NCBI GenBank assembly: GCA_964247055.1 | Contig: OZ176059.1 | Coordinates: 3,534,001-3,598,000, forward strand | Direction of reading: 5' to 3' | DNA: 64,000 nucleotides | Origin: Paragordius varius | Taxonomy: Eukaryota > Animalia > Nematomorpha | Part shown: piece by piece, positions 41,006-53,500 of the stretch | How positions within the stretch are numbered: position 1 is the first letter of the stretch | Layout of the letters: the number at the start of each line of letters is the position of its first letter | Notes under the pieces: generated by a model | The model's database searches: none | What the model was told of the DNA's origin: nothing | What the model saw: the letters and a program-made list of their open reading frames with translations, nothing else | Program-made: the position numbers and the translations under genes

Positions 41006-41895
41006 TTGAAAATATTTTTCTACAGAAAATTTAGTATATTTATATTCATTAATAAGAAAAAGATATGCAAAATAAATGTGGACGATGTTATCTATCTTTG
41101 AATGTAAATTAAACAAAACTTATTATGTAATGATAGAATCATAATCATATTTGTCAACCACTTAATAATTTTATATTTAATTATAGCAATAAAAGTACAG
41201 TTTATTCTTTAAAAGAGATAGATTTATTAAAATGGTCTTTTAATATTAAAAATGGCGCTGTCTTTTATAAAATAAAAATTCATTTACATGCCAAACTTAT
41301 ACTTAGCAGAAAATCGCAAAATAAAAATATCCCGATTAAGATATTTTTACTATCTCTAAATATATTTTTAAAATATTCATGTTAAAAAAGAATTGACAGA
41401 TTGTTTTCTTTGATAAATGAAAAAAATCATTAGAAATATTTGCATTAAATTTTATCAAAAATAAATATTTTATATTTTTTTTGATAATTATAAAAAATAA
41501 TCTAAATCACAAAACATAATCAACCCCCGTCATTATTATTAATAAATAAAGTTTGGTAATTGTAAAAAGTATCAATATTTAGTAAGTGCAGGTTAAAGTA
41601 AATCAAAATTATATATAATATTTATTAGTTAAATAAATTATTTAAATTATTAATAAATAAAACCGTAATTTTTTAAAAATATTTAATATAACCTTCTAAG
41701 GTAAATTACTAGAATTTATATATATAATTTAAAAATATTAAAAAATTACTTTATTTTAAAATGTTTTAAACCCAAAAATAATTGAAAATAATTCAAATAT
41801 TATGAAATGAAACAACAGACGATTACATTAACAACAGTTTTTTTAAATTGTCTGCTTTTTGTTTATTCGAAAAAATATTCAAATTTATTTGGAAA

Positions 41896-43769
41896 ATGGG
41901 TATTTATATAATATCAAATACTTTAAATGAAATTTATTTATTATATCATATTTTATTTAAATATATATTTTTTGTAAAATAATATTAAAATAATTTGTTT
42001 TAAAAAAATTTAATATTTTTTTATGATTTAATTTAATATTATTTTTGTTTTAAAATATTATAGTAGAACCTATTATATCATTTATAGTTGATAGATAATA
42101 TTTTTAGATTATTATTTAGATTTGGAAATTTTGTATTAATTTTGATATGATTCTATTTATCAATAATTATTTTTGGTTTCAAAAAATATATGTATAAAAT
42201 TCCTAATCTATTTCAATGTTTTAATCAATACTATCATAAAACATCAAGTTACCTAATATTAAAATTAATAGACGTATTAATTTAAATAATTGGTAAAAAT
42301 ATTAAATTTGGTATAATAATAATAAAAATAATTTTAAAACAACACCGCTTTGTTTGAGAAAAATAATAAATTGTTTGATTTTTAAACTTTAAATTAATCT
42401 TCCATATAATAGTTGTTTCATTTGTGGGGTTAGTTGTCTTCTTGATAAAAAATAAATTTATTACCAATCCGCGAATTTCTGCAACCTTCTTAATATTAGA
42501 TAATTTTTTTTAAATAGTCAAAATTTTAAATTAAATCTAATACCGGTAAAATCCAACGTACTAAGGGAAAAAACTAAATATATTTTTGACAGCCATACTT
42601 TATGTTATAACACTCATGATTTACAAAATAGGGAATAGAGATGTAGATGAAAATATAAGGAATTTAAGATATCACACATAATATTATAGTTTATGAAAAG
42701 TATTAGTTTTATAAACTATGATTTCTTTATGTTTTTACATTTTGTCTGTATATTTTCAACCATTACTCTATGGTTTATGTATGCATCATTAATTTATGGT
42801 AATAACTTGATTAGGTTTTAGATTCCTTTCCTGCGTTGTTAAGATTTTTTGTTTCTTCATTGATAACTTGAGTTTTAAATTACATTTCTTTTATTTCGGC
42901 GACTCGACTTACAAACTGTGGTGTGATCTCGATACAAAGTTTTATAAAGTAGAACTCAAAAATCAACAAGAAACGTATATTGATGATCCATCTAAACCGA
43001 CATCATTTATCAATTTGTTGGAAAATGAAGATTTTACAAACGATGATTTGCGGAGAATTTTGATCGCTTCTTTCCATAACCTTTGATATTTAAGGGAACA
43101 TAAAAGCGAAAATACTCTAAAAAATAATAATTCAAATGATGAAATCACCGAAACCATCAAAGATGCCATAATAATTGATTTGGTAGGAGAACAGACGGAA
43201 CCTTTAGATCTATCGCTGAAAAAACCACCAAAAATTATAAAAGATTTTACCTCGGTATGTTCAAATGTTGATTCGACATAAATATGAATAATATAAACAA
43301 GCTATTCGATGATAGTAACACAACACCTATTTTATCTTTAAACTCTTCAAAATTGGGTAATTATCGATGTATTCAATGTGATAAACTTTATAAGGATAGA
43401 AACGGCTTGACCAACCATATTCGTTCGGTTCATGAACAAATTAAATATCCGTGTAAAATTTGTTCGAAAATGTTTTCTAAAGGCAATCTTGCTAGGCACA
43501 TTAAGTCGATTCATGAAAAAATTAAACATAAATGTCCGATTTGCAAAAAGGAATATACTGGAAAAGGCAATCTTGCAACACATATTCAGGGTGTTCACAG
43601 AAAAATTAAATATCATTGCAAAATTTGTTCGAAAATGTTTTATAAAGGCAATCTTGCTAGGCACATATATTCAGTTCATGAGAAAATCAAACATGAATGT
43701 GCGATTTGCAAAAAGGAATATACCGAAAAAAGCAGTCTTGCCAGGCATATTATAAATGTACATAATTGA
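41896..43769 (+). pseudogene. Zinc-finger family copy 6, 5 fingers, disabled
   Basis: Exon 1 ATG at 41896; acceptor AG lost before 42893; TGT>TGA at 43084-43086; deletion near 43275; finger ORF 43284-43769. Confidence 0.85.
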
Positions 43770-44216
43770 ACACTTAATTCAACATATATAATATATTACA
43801 TGTAGCATTAAATATAATTTTGTTTAAATATCCATTTCGCAAATAAAAGATGTTGAGATTCATATTATTTTAGGAAGACGTTTTGAAAAAGCATCGTTAA
43901 TAAAATATTTGGAATGATATTTGACCGGTCTTCTCTGGAGTTTATTTTGTGGGAAAAATCGATAACGACCAAACGTAAAAATTCAAACCCAAATAATTTT
44001 TTTTAAAGACAACCATTATATCTTTATTTCCTAAATATAACTGATTGTTTTAACTGCAAATTGTAAAATAGATTTATTGGTAACACAATCAATTATGTAT
44101 TTTACAATTCTAATTATATATACGATAAATTTGATTCTAAAATATATAGTTTGTCTTTTGAAAAAATTGTCTTTATATGTTCACGTTTTGTCCGTATAAT
44201 TTCAATTTTTACTGTC

Positions 44217-44417
44217 CAGTTCTATATTGATGGCTAATTAGCAATACAGTAATGTAGAATATAAATCAAATCTTTTCCATAAATTGATAAACAAAATTAA
44301 TGTTGTGATATAGGAAAAATATATATTTCACACCGTTTGTTGTTTTTTATTCACATGTTACTGTAATGCCAACTGGCCAAAAATAATGCGAAGTGGCCAA
44401 CAATAAAAAGGGTACTG
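44217..44417. mobile_element. MITE-2 abutting MITE-1
   Basis: Same arms; right end ggccaacaataaaaagggtactg|ta. Confidence 0.68.
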
Positions 44418-45144
44418 TATACACTTTATTTACTTTATATAACAAATACAAGGTTTAATCTGCAAGTCACAGTTTTTTCAATGTAAATAATTATCAATTT
44501 AAACCTTTCAGGCCACATCTCACTCGGTTTAAAATCCATCACTTAGAAACTAAATCTATGAAATATTTGCAAAAAATTCAAAAATAAGATAAATAAAATT
44601 AAGAAAATTTTTTTTGGCGATATAGGCCTATTAAAAAATCGCATGAAAATCAAAAAATATTAAACAAATTATAAAAAATACTTAATTAACAAAAAAATAA
44701 TAGAATTACCAACATATTATTAAGGCTTCGATTCGAATTGGGGTATCTAAATACCCCAGACTTAATTTGAGTTAGGATTTTTAAAAAATTACTGAAAGAA
44801 ACGGTCCCAATTCAAAATTTCGCCCATAATAGTTATTAAAAATATTAATTATGTTTATAATTGATCGGATATTTATGGAATTCATACTTTTTATTAATAA
44901 TATCAATTAAAACATTATAAGACAAATTATTTTAAAAGACAACCAGGCTTTCCTTTATACGCTCTTTAGTTACGATTGTAGAATATAAAATTGATTGTTT
45001 ATATATCTTTATTTCACATGCCATTTAAATCAATTATAAAAGTCAAGGTTTTGTTTTATTTAGTTTTTTAGCATACCAAAATAATTATTTTTTCAGTCAC
45101 GTAAATTGTTATTGGTCAGTTAACGTTTCAACATAAATTTTTAA

Positions 45145-45693
45145 CACTTCGATTCAAATTGGGGTATCTAAATACCCCAGACTAAATTTAAATTAATGTT
45201 TTTAAAAAACTACTGAAGGAAACGGTCCCAATTTAAATTTATGCTTCTATCCTGATAAAAATTATATAACTATGCCAAAATATCTTAATAAAATTTTGTT
45301 TTGAAAAAAAAGATCCATCTCAAACTACTTCGACGCCATTTTTATTTTACAAAATTTATGCAAAATATCGTCTTCATTTAATTTTAAGGGTAAAACTAAA
45401 GCTAATTTTTATATAAATTACATCTAACATTGATAGAAATAGAAAAGGCGGTTTATTTTGTATTATTTTTTAATTTTATAATTTGGCACATGTCACCTTG
45501 ACGAAATTTTTACCTTTCGGTTTTAGCTTATAAGTAATATCAAGTATTTTTGAATAAATTTTTTTATTTTTGGTTTATTAATGCTATATAAGTGAATAAT
45601 TTTATCATGGTTTTGATTCCTTCCATACTTATTAAGGTATTTGATTTTAAACAAGCCTGGGGTATCCAAATACCCCAATTTGAATCGAAGGAC
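45145..45693. mobile_element. MITE with ~40-bp TIRs, possibly piggyBac-type (TTAA)
   Basis: ttaa|cacttcgattcaaattggggtatctaaataccccag, with the inverted copy ctggggtatccaaataccccaatttgaatcgaag at about 45658-45690. Further left arms at about 44727 and 63905. Confidence 0.55.
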
Positions 45694-46952
45694 TAAAATG
45701 AGTGTCTTGTATCCAAGAGTTAAAAGTAATGAATGAGCCGGCTCAACTGGCTTATTCACATGGCCCCGAAGCCTCTTAATAATTTAATACCTTAATAAAT
45801 ATTTTAGCACGGGGCTCCTTTTAAAATATGCCTTTTAGGATGAAATTTTAGACCAACTATAATTTTAAAATAAACCCACATTTTCGCCGCTATTTTGTTC
45901 TTTAATTTTTTTAAACCGTAAATACAGCACGCAAATAAGTGTTGTTTATTAAGGCAAAGAAAATTAACATGGATAGTTACTAATATTGTAAATTACCGGC
46001 AAATATATTTACTTTTAATATCAACTGTTTGTATTGTGTTTTGAAGCTATTTGAATTTCTAGAGGTTTACTGTGAATTCTATTTTTTTATCTTATACCTA
46101 GAGAGAGTAATAATTATATTAAGCAAAATAACTCTTAAAACTAGTTTTTACTAAGATCATTAAGAAATGCCCCCAAAATATCGTCTACAAAAAAATGAAA
46201 AGCTAAAATGAACAGTAATTTTAATAATAATTTATTAAAATTCAGTACTATTTTAATAATAAATATTATAAGTTTACGGATTAGTCAGTTATTAAAGCCA
46301 CATTGCACTATTGAATATTTTTAAAACAATATAAAACTCAAATTTAAATGTAAAACAAATTTCTAAATTTATTAAACTGGAAAATCTTGTAAATATTAAT
46401 ATATATTTTCTCAAGAAAAACATTAAATTGGTTTATAATTTATTATAAATATTTTTCATATAATTGTGTGTCACTTTTAGAGTATATTTTATTAAAAAAA
46501 TATTTTATTTAACCAGATTTCATGTGTGTTATTCGCAGTAACCTAACATTACTATTAATAATTTAAATAATTTTATTTAATAATAATTTGAAAATATGTT
46601 AATTACAATAAAAACTAAAAATATGCAGAAAGGAAATAACAAACAATATCTTTCAAAAAGTCGACCATACTTTGTAAATTTTAATATTTTTATAAATAAT
46701 CGTCGTCAATAAATGATTGACAATTAGCAAAATAAGTAAGCTATTAATTTAAATTATTCAATAAGAATTATATGTAAAATATAAAATTAAATATATAATT
46801 TAAATAACTTAAAAATATAATACTTTTAAAATCATAAAATATAAACTTTAATATAAATATAAAATAAAAAAACAGACGATCTTATTTCAAACGATTTTTT
46901 TGAATTGTCTGCTTTTTATTTATTCGAAAAAATATTCAAATTTATTTGGAAA

Positions 46953-48845
46953 ATGGGTATTTTTTTTAAATTTTTTAATTTTAATTATTTTATTTTAATT
47001 TATTATTTTTATAAATATTATAAAATAAATATTATTTTATATTTAAATTTTTTATTTAATTATTATATAATATTTAAATAATTTTATTTTAAAACATTTG
47101 TATATATTAAATTAATTATTAATTTTTAATTTTATTTATTTAATTTTTTAAATATATATACATTATTTATAATATGAATATATTTTTTGGATTTAATATA
47201 ATATAATTTATCTTGTTTTGAAAAATTAGCATATTTTATATATTCATAAACTAAAAATTTAAATAATATGTTTTTAGCTTATTTTTTAGATTTTAAAATT
47301 TCTAATTTTTAAATTTTTTTCAAAATTAATTTATTCAGAGGTTTTTTGATTTAAATATATTTTTGTAAAATGTAAAATTAAATTCATATGTTAAAATTCA
47401 TAAACGTTTAATTAAATAAATAATTGGTAAAAAAAATTCAATTTAATTAAAACAACAACGCGTTCCTTGAGAAAAATGATATATTGTTTATATTTTTATA
47501 ACTTAATTAATATTCCTTAGTTTTGTCACTTTTAGTGTTCATTGTATTATATAAAATATTTTACCAATCCCCTTTTATAGCGACTTTTATGTAATCTTAT
47601 ATTAATAATAATTTTAATTAATGAGTATGTCTAATTAACAGTTCAATTTTGCAAAGTTCAAATATTACATATCAATTAAAATTAACGGACAAAACGTAAT
47701 AATATGCAGACAATTATGTTTTTCTAAAAATAAATATACCTTTTTAAATCTTGATTTTTTTACTTATTATTCACTGTTAACTGCGAAGTAAGAATTAGAC
47801 ATATTAATATGGTAACACATCGTAATTAAATAATTTATTTAAAAAATTAATCTTTGAAAAGTATAGTTGTCCTTTTAAAAAAATATTGTCTTTATATTTT
47901 TACGTTTTGTCCGTATAATTCCAATTTTTAGTGTATTTAATCAAATTTGGTTATAAACCATTTTTAGGGTATGTCTCGTTTCATCATTTATCAATCATTT
48001 TTTATATTACATTTCTAACAATGTTTTTAGATTTCGGCGATTGGACCTACAAACTTTGGTGTGATCTCGACACTAAGCTTTATAAAGTAGAACTCAAAAA
48101 TCAACAAGAAACTTATATTGATGATCCATCTAAACCGGCCTCATTTCTTGAATTATTGGAAAATGAAGACTTTACAAACGATGATTTAAGAAGAATTTTG
48201 AATGCTTCTTTCCATAATCTTTGTTATTTAAGGGAAAAGAAAAGCGAAAATACTCGGCAAAATAATAATTTTAATGATGAAATTAAGAAAGTTACCAACA
48301 AAATCCACAAAAACTCATTAATTGATTTGGTAGGAGAACAGACGGAACCTTTAGATCTTTCGCTGAAAAAACCACCAAAAATTAAAAAAGATATTACCTC
48401 GTTATGTTCAAATGTTGATTCCAATGGCATAAGCTTGAATTATATTAACAAGCTATATAATGATAGTAACAAAACAAAACCTATTGGTTTAAACTCTTCA
48501 AAATTGGGTAATAGTTATAGATGTAACCAATGTGATAAGATATATATGTATAAAAGCGGCTTGGCAACACATATTTGTTCTGTTCATAAACAAGTGAAAT
48601 ATCCGTGCAAAATTTGTTCGAAAATATTTTCTAACAAAGGCAATCTTGCTAGGCACATTAATTCGTTTCATGAAAAAATTAAACATGAATGTGCGATTTG
48701 CAAAAAGAAATATACTGAAAAAGGTAGTCTTGCAACACACATTCAATCTGTTCATGAAAAAATTACATATAACTGTAAGATTTGTAAAAAGGAATATACT
48801 CAAAAAGGCAATCTTGCTAGGCATATTAAAAATGTACATAATTGA
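46953..48845 (+). CDS. Intact C2H2 zinc-finger protein (copy 7): conserved N-terminal domain, PLDLS motif, 4 fingers; predicted join(46953-46956,48031-48845), 272 aa
   Basis: Open frame 48031-48845 (DFGDWTYKLWCDLDTK...EPLDLSLKK...) with four C-x2-C-x12-H-x4-H fingers. Preceded by acceptor tttttag; upstream gaaaATGG|gtat supplies M and the G of GAT. Alternative unspliced start ATG at 48021 (MFLDFGD, 274 aa). Confidence 0.88.
47668..47933. mobile_element. MITE-1 in the intron of intact copy 7
   Basis: attaacggacaaaacgtaat ... tacgttttgtccgtataattccaatttttagtg|ta. Confidence 0.75.
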
Positions 48846-49035
48846 ACACTTAATTCAACATATATAATATATTAAATGTAGCATTAAATATATTTTGTTC
48901 AAATATCCATTTCGTAAAAAAAAGATATTGAGATTCATATTATTTTATAAGACGTATTGCAAAAAGCATCGTTAATATATTTGGAATGTTTCTTGACCGG
49001 TCTTTTGTGGAGTTTTCTTTTGTAGAAATTAATTA

Positions 49036-49305
49036 CAGTAAAAATCGAAATTATACCGAAATAACGTAAGAATACAAACATAAATATTTTAGCTCTTAAA
49101 GACAACAAAATTTTAACTTGATTTCTTGGTTTCCTTAATTATAACTGATTAACCTACATTGCAGATTGTAAAATAGAGTTCAATTTGTAACATACAATTT
49201 TTTAATCAAAAAATTTTTATAGAAAAAATGGATTTTAAAATCTATGGTTGTTTTAAAAATCTTTTTTTATTTTTACGATTTGTTCGTATGTTTTCAAAAT
49301 CACTG
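49036..49305. mobile_element. MITE-1 downstream of copy 7
   Basis: ta|cagtaaaaatcgaaattataccg ... tttgttcgtatgttttcaaaatcactg|ta. Confidence 0.75.
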
Positions 49306-49843
49306 TACTTTCTTCATGCGTACTTTTTGCTATATACTTTTTTAGAGGTATGGAAACAGTATAATAGTGTTTTAAGATATTATAAAAACCCTTTTTTTAC
49401 ATAATTTGATGTTGCTAAACATGAACATCGATTAAAAGTTTTTGGCAATTAAATATAAATTTTTCACATTCCCAAAAATTTGCAAGCAAACGAACTTTTT
49501 GAATTGAAATTCTGAACCATTCGTAATGTTTGCCGCTATTAAATTATATAGGAAAAGTGTTTTTTTAACAAAAGAATTTACTGCTAATTGTGGGACTGTT
49601 CAATCAGTGAAAAAAATTGATATTAATATTTATAATTATAAATGTAACTGAGCTGTTTTAATCATTGATAGTAAAACCAGACTCAATATTATTTAATTTT
49701 TGGCTATCAACATGCTTTATATATAATTATAAATTTAAAAATAACCTGAAATATAATATTTTAGTTAATATTTTTTTGGTAAAGAAAAATAAACTTTTAT
49801 TATGATAATTACTTATTTAAATGTTGATGACATTATTGTAAAT

Positions 49844-52206
49844 CTACCCTCAGGTCATTCCTAATGGAAGCAGGTGGATCCCAAAGGTATCCTTTTGGCT
49901 AAAATTTTTAATTTGTGTTTAAACCATAGAATGATTCCTAATCATTGGAAGATAACTAAGTCAATTTTTGTTTTGAAAAAAAAGGGAGACCCTTTTCTTG
50001 TTTCAAGTTGGAGACCCCTTTCTCTAAGCAATACTATTTATAAATTACTTATTGCCACCGTATTTCCAAGCATATTTTTAAAAACAACTTATTACCATCA
50101 ACCCAGAAAGGATTTATGCCATTTGATGGCTGCTTTAAGCATAATTATATTTTATAAAAATCAAATACTGATGCTAAACATAATAAAAAAGATATTTTTG
50201 TAGCTTTTATTGATATCACAGCTGCCTTTGACTCGGTTCCTCACCAGCTGATTTTTGAATGGCTCCCTAATTTTGGTATAGATGATAATATTCAAGCTTT
50301 AATTAAGGATATTTACACAAATTCATGTACTCAGTTCTTTTCCGCCTCTGGGTTAACGCAACCCATTCCTTTCTTGTCTGGCATTAAACAGTGGTGTCCA
50401 ATTTCTGGCCTTCTTTTTAATTTGTCAATCGATTCTGTGTTGAGATCTATGGAAATGGTCACATTGTCCTGGCTTATGCTGATGACATTGTTTTATTGTC
50501 TGACTCTTCTGAACGTCATCAAGTTAGCTCAACTTGTTAGAATGTCTTATTAATGATATTGGTCTTTCGATCAAAGCTGAGAAGTGCAATAGTACTTTTG
50601 CTTCTTGTAGTCCTGTTAAGATTGGTGAAGTTGTCGTTTCCTCAATCGGTCAAGGTGAGTTTGTTAAATTTCTTGGTAAGCCTGTAGGTTTTAATTTCAT
50701 TAATCCCGTTCCTTCTACGGAAATTGTGGATAAAATACATAGTTCTAGCCTCCTCCCTTGGCAAAAGCTAGACGCTATTAAAACTTTTTTCTATCCCACT
50801 ATTTCTCACCAGTTGAGAAATAATGAACTAAAATTGGTTACAGGTGAATTTTTCTAGATAAAAAGCTAACTAAAAAGTTCAAACAAATATTTAATTCCCC
50901 AAGAGATCCACTAACAATTATATTTTTGGCTTCGAAATAAGGGCGCCTTAGGGATGCCCCTATTCCGCGATGACACTAATATATTCCGTGTTGATTCCGC
51001 TTTTAAATTACTAACTAGCTTAGATCCTTCTATAAGGGTTTCTGCTCTCGAGGAACTTAAGGTTTCGGCTAGCTTTCGTTTTAATATTCGATTAGATTCT
51101 ATAACTCCCGATCAATTAGGCAAGTATTTGTCTGGTTATGAAAACCCTCTTGTCTCAAATCCAGCTAATAAATTCCAAAACATTTGGACAATAGCGAGAA
51201 TGGCTTCTGAATCTCTCAAAATTTCCTGGTGGTTTGATGATTCTTTTCAGCCTACAGTAATTACAGAGTTCTCTAAAATCTGCCAAGACAATCGCTCAGC
51301 TGTTGTTTCTAACCTTCGATTTTATAAACGAAAGTTAAAGGATACTACACCATTTTGCTTTGCAGGGTCGGGTGATGGAGTGCGTTGCTGATGATAAGGT
51401 CAGTCCCCACTTCCTATACAATAATAAGGATCTTCGTTTTAGAGACTGGAACTTCATCCATCGAGCGCGACTCAATCTCCTACCAACGAAAATGCGACTC
51501 AGGACGTCTCTGAACAAATGTGCCTTCGCTGCGGAAAGTCTAAAGAAACCCAAGCACACGTTTTAAACCATTGCCTCAAAGATGATAATATAATAACCAA
51601 GAGACAGAACGTCATAGACCTGATTAAAGATAACCTCCCATCAAATTTCAAGATCTTAAGTGAAAACCAAGCCATCGATTCGTCGAGACTACGTCCTGAC
51701 CTCATTGTAACAAATGGCACTGATTGCTTTATCATTGATCCCACAGTGCCGTTTGAAAACAGGTTAGAATCATTCGAAACGGCTTTCAACAATAAAATAA
51801 TGAAGTATAGCTGTATGGCTCAACACTTACAAGAGACCTTAGCAATACCCAGGTCATGCCAGTTGTTGTATAGAGCCTAGGCTCTTGGTATTCAAAAAAT
51901 GATATTTTTTTAAGATCAAGTTCCAAGCCCTACGCAACTTAAAAAATCAATAGTTAAAAACACAATAATTCATCCGACATGTACCACATGTATATGAGCG
52001 GTCGAAATTCCCTTATAGACAACAACCCAACAAATGCATCACTGTAATATTTTTTATATATATATTTCTTTTTATATTTATTTTATTTTTTATATATATA
52101 TATATAATATTTTTTCTTTCTTCTCCCTTGTAACTTCCTCATCCCCAATATAGTTGAGTAGCACTTTTCTTCATTATATTGTATTTTTATATATAAATAA
52201 ATAATA
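49844..52206 (+). mobile_element. Degenerate non-LTR retrotransposon with restriction-like endonuclease (NeSL/Utopia type), 5' part missing
   Basis: RT motifs WKQVDP..LAKIFNLC, KKGDP..SWRPLSLSNTIYKL, QKGFMPFDGC, AFIDITAAFDSVPH, GIKQWCPIS, LAYADDIVLL; CCHC finger CLRCGKSKETQAHVLNHC; RLE RPDLIV..FIIDPTVPFE..KIMKY. Multiple frameshifts and stops. Confidence 0.9.
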
Positions 52207-52216
52207 TCTGTTCTTA
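52205..52216 (+). ncRNA. 12-nt U2 snRNA tag (about nt 38-49) at the 3' junction of the RLE retroelement
   Basis: TATCTGTTCTTA is the U2 sequence that follows GTGTAG; it sits directly after the AT-rich tail of the element. Confidence 0.6.
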
Positions 52217-52219
52217 AAA

Positions 52220-53500
52220 GACACTTTTAAATAAAGGGTAAAATTATTGATTGAAGAAGGAAAATATATTAAATATATTGGAATTGGATAATGTTAATCA
52301 TTTAAATTTTTAAAATGTCCTCACCCGTACAAGATATGTTTTATAAAAAAATATAAACGAAATTAGGGTATATATTTGTTGTATTTTTTTTAAACATTTC
52401 ATTATTAAGCGTATATTAGTGTTGATTATTTATAATTAAAATAATTTAATCATTGGTCCTTTGTTTTGTAATTAATTACATATTATGTTTCTCCAAAGAC
52501 TCAATTTATTTTATAAGTTTAATAATAACATGGAGAAACGTCCCTTTCTCTTGCTAATACCCAAATATAGGTCAAAACATAACTGTCTATTCAAAAAATG
52601 TATTTTTTGCTTCAAATTTTTTAATATGATTTTATATGTTTTTAAAAGATGGCAATAACATAAATATCTATCACATATATACAAGATATTATAAAATAAT
52701 TTAAAAATAAAAATGTTGGTTATTTATTTATGTATTTAGAATATATATTAAAATAAAAATAACATTCATTTGTTGAGTTAGTGTCTAGAAAACCAAAATT
52801 TGTTTTTTTTTCCATATACTCTTTAGGGTCAATTATCCATCTAACATAATATAATTACATTTCTAGAGAGTTTTGCTTAAATAAATTAAAAATAGGTTAT
52901 TTTAACAGAACATACGAAAATGGCATATTGTTAACACCGTTTTATGTTTTGTAAAAATTAAATACTACTATAAAGATCGTCATTTTTTTAAAACACTTTA
53001 TATATATTTATTTGATGTAATAAAATTTATTAATTTTAAAAATACTAACCATTGACCACTTGCTGAACTAATTCTCAGCTTCAGCTAAAAGTAAGTCAAA
53101 TTTTTATTATAATATAATTTAGCAATATTTTATTTGTATATATATACTCAACGTAAAATACATATTTACATTTTAGGGTGGAATATATTTGATTTTTCAT
53201 GAAAAATGCGTCTTTTCGCTTTAACACGTGAATAGTCAATTTAAAAAGTGTGTGCGTATATGTTTACAGATAATTGAAAATAAATGACAGTCGCTTAAAG
53301 TTGAATATAGAATGTTATATCTAACAGTATATAAGCTGTGTAATAGATTTATACAACATTTCCGCCGTCTAATAATTAAATAAAATTTTCAAAAAATTTC
53401 ATAACTAATCGTAATTTTATTATATTTATAAAAATTATTTGATATTTCGAAAAATGGGTTTGTATAACTATAAATTAAAATAAATTACTCTTAGTATTAT
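52220..53500 (+). repeat. Segmental duplication, paired with about 58870-60180; parts recur at 13900-14600 and 21110-22400
   Basis: Shared ttgattgaagaaggaaaata, aaatgtcctcacccgtacaagatatg, gctgaactaattctca.cttca.cta, tagggtggaat, gtgaatagtcaa. Confidence 0.88.

Noticed and set aside
47931-48030. N-terminal extension MYLIKFGYKPF... of the 304-aa ORF, and the similar 2574-2853 extension
   Set aside because: GTG or MITE-derived start; the region is AT-rich, indel-prone between paralogs and ends in a conserved AG acceptor, so it is treated as intron.
47969-48030. Alternative short 62-65 nt intron using a gtatgt-like donor just upstream of exon 2
   Set aside because: The implied upstream exon has in-frame stops and no ATG in several copies; the distal ATGG|gt donor fits better, though alternative use is not excluded.
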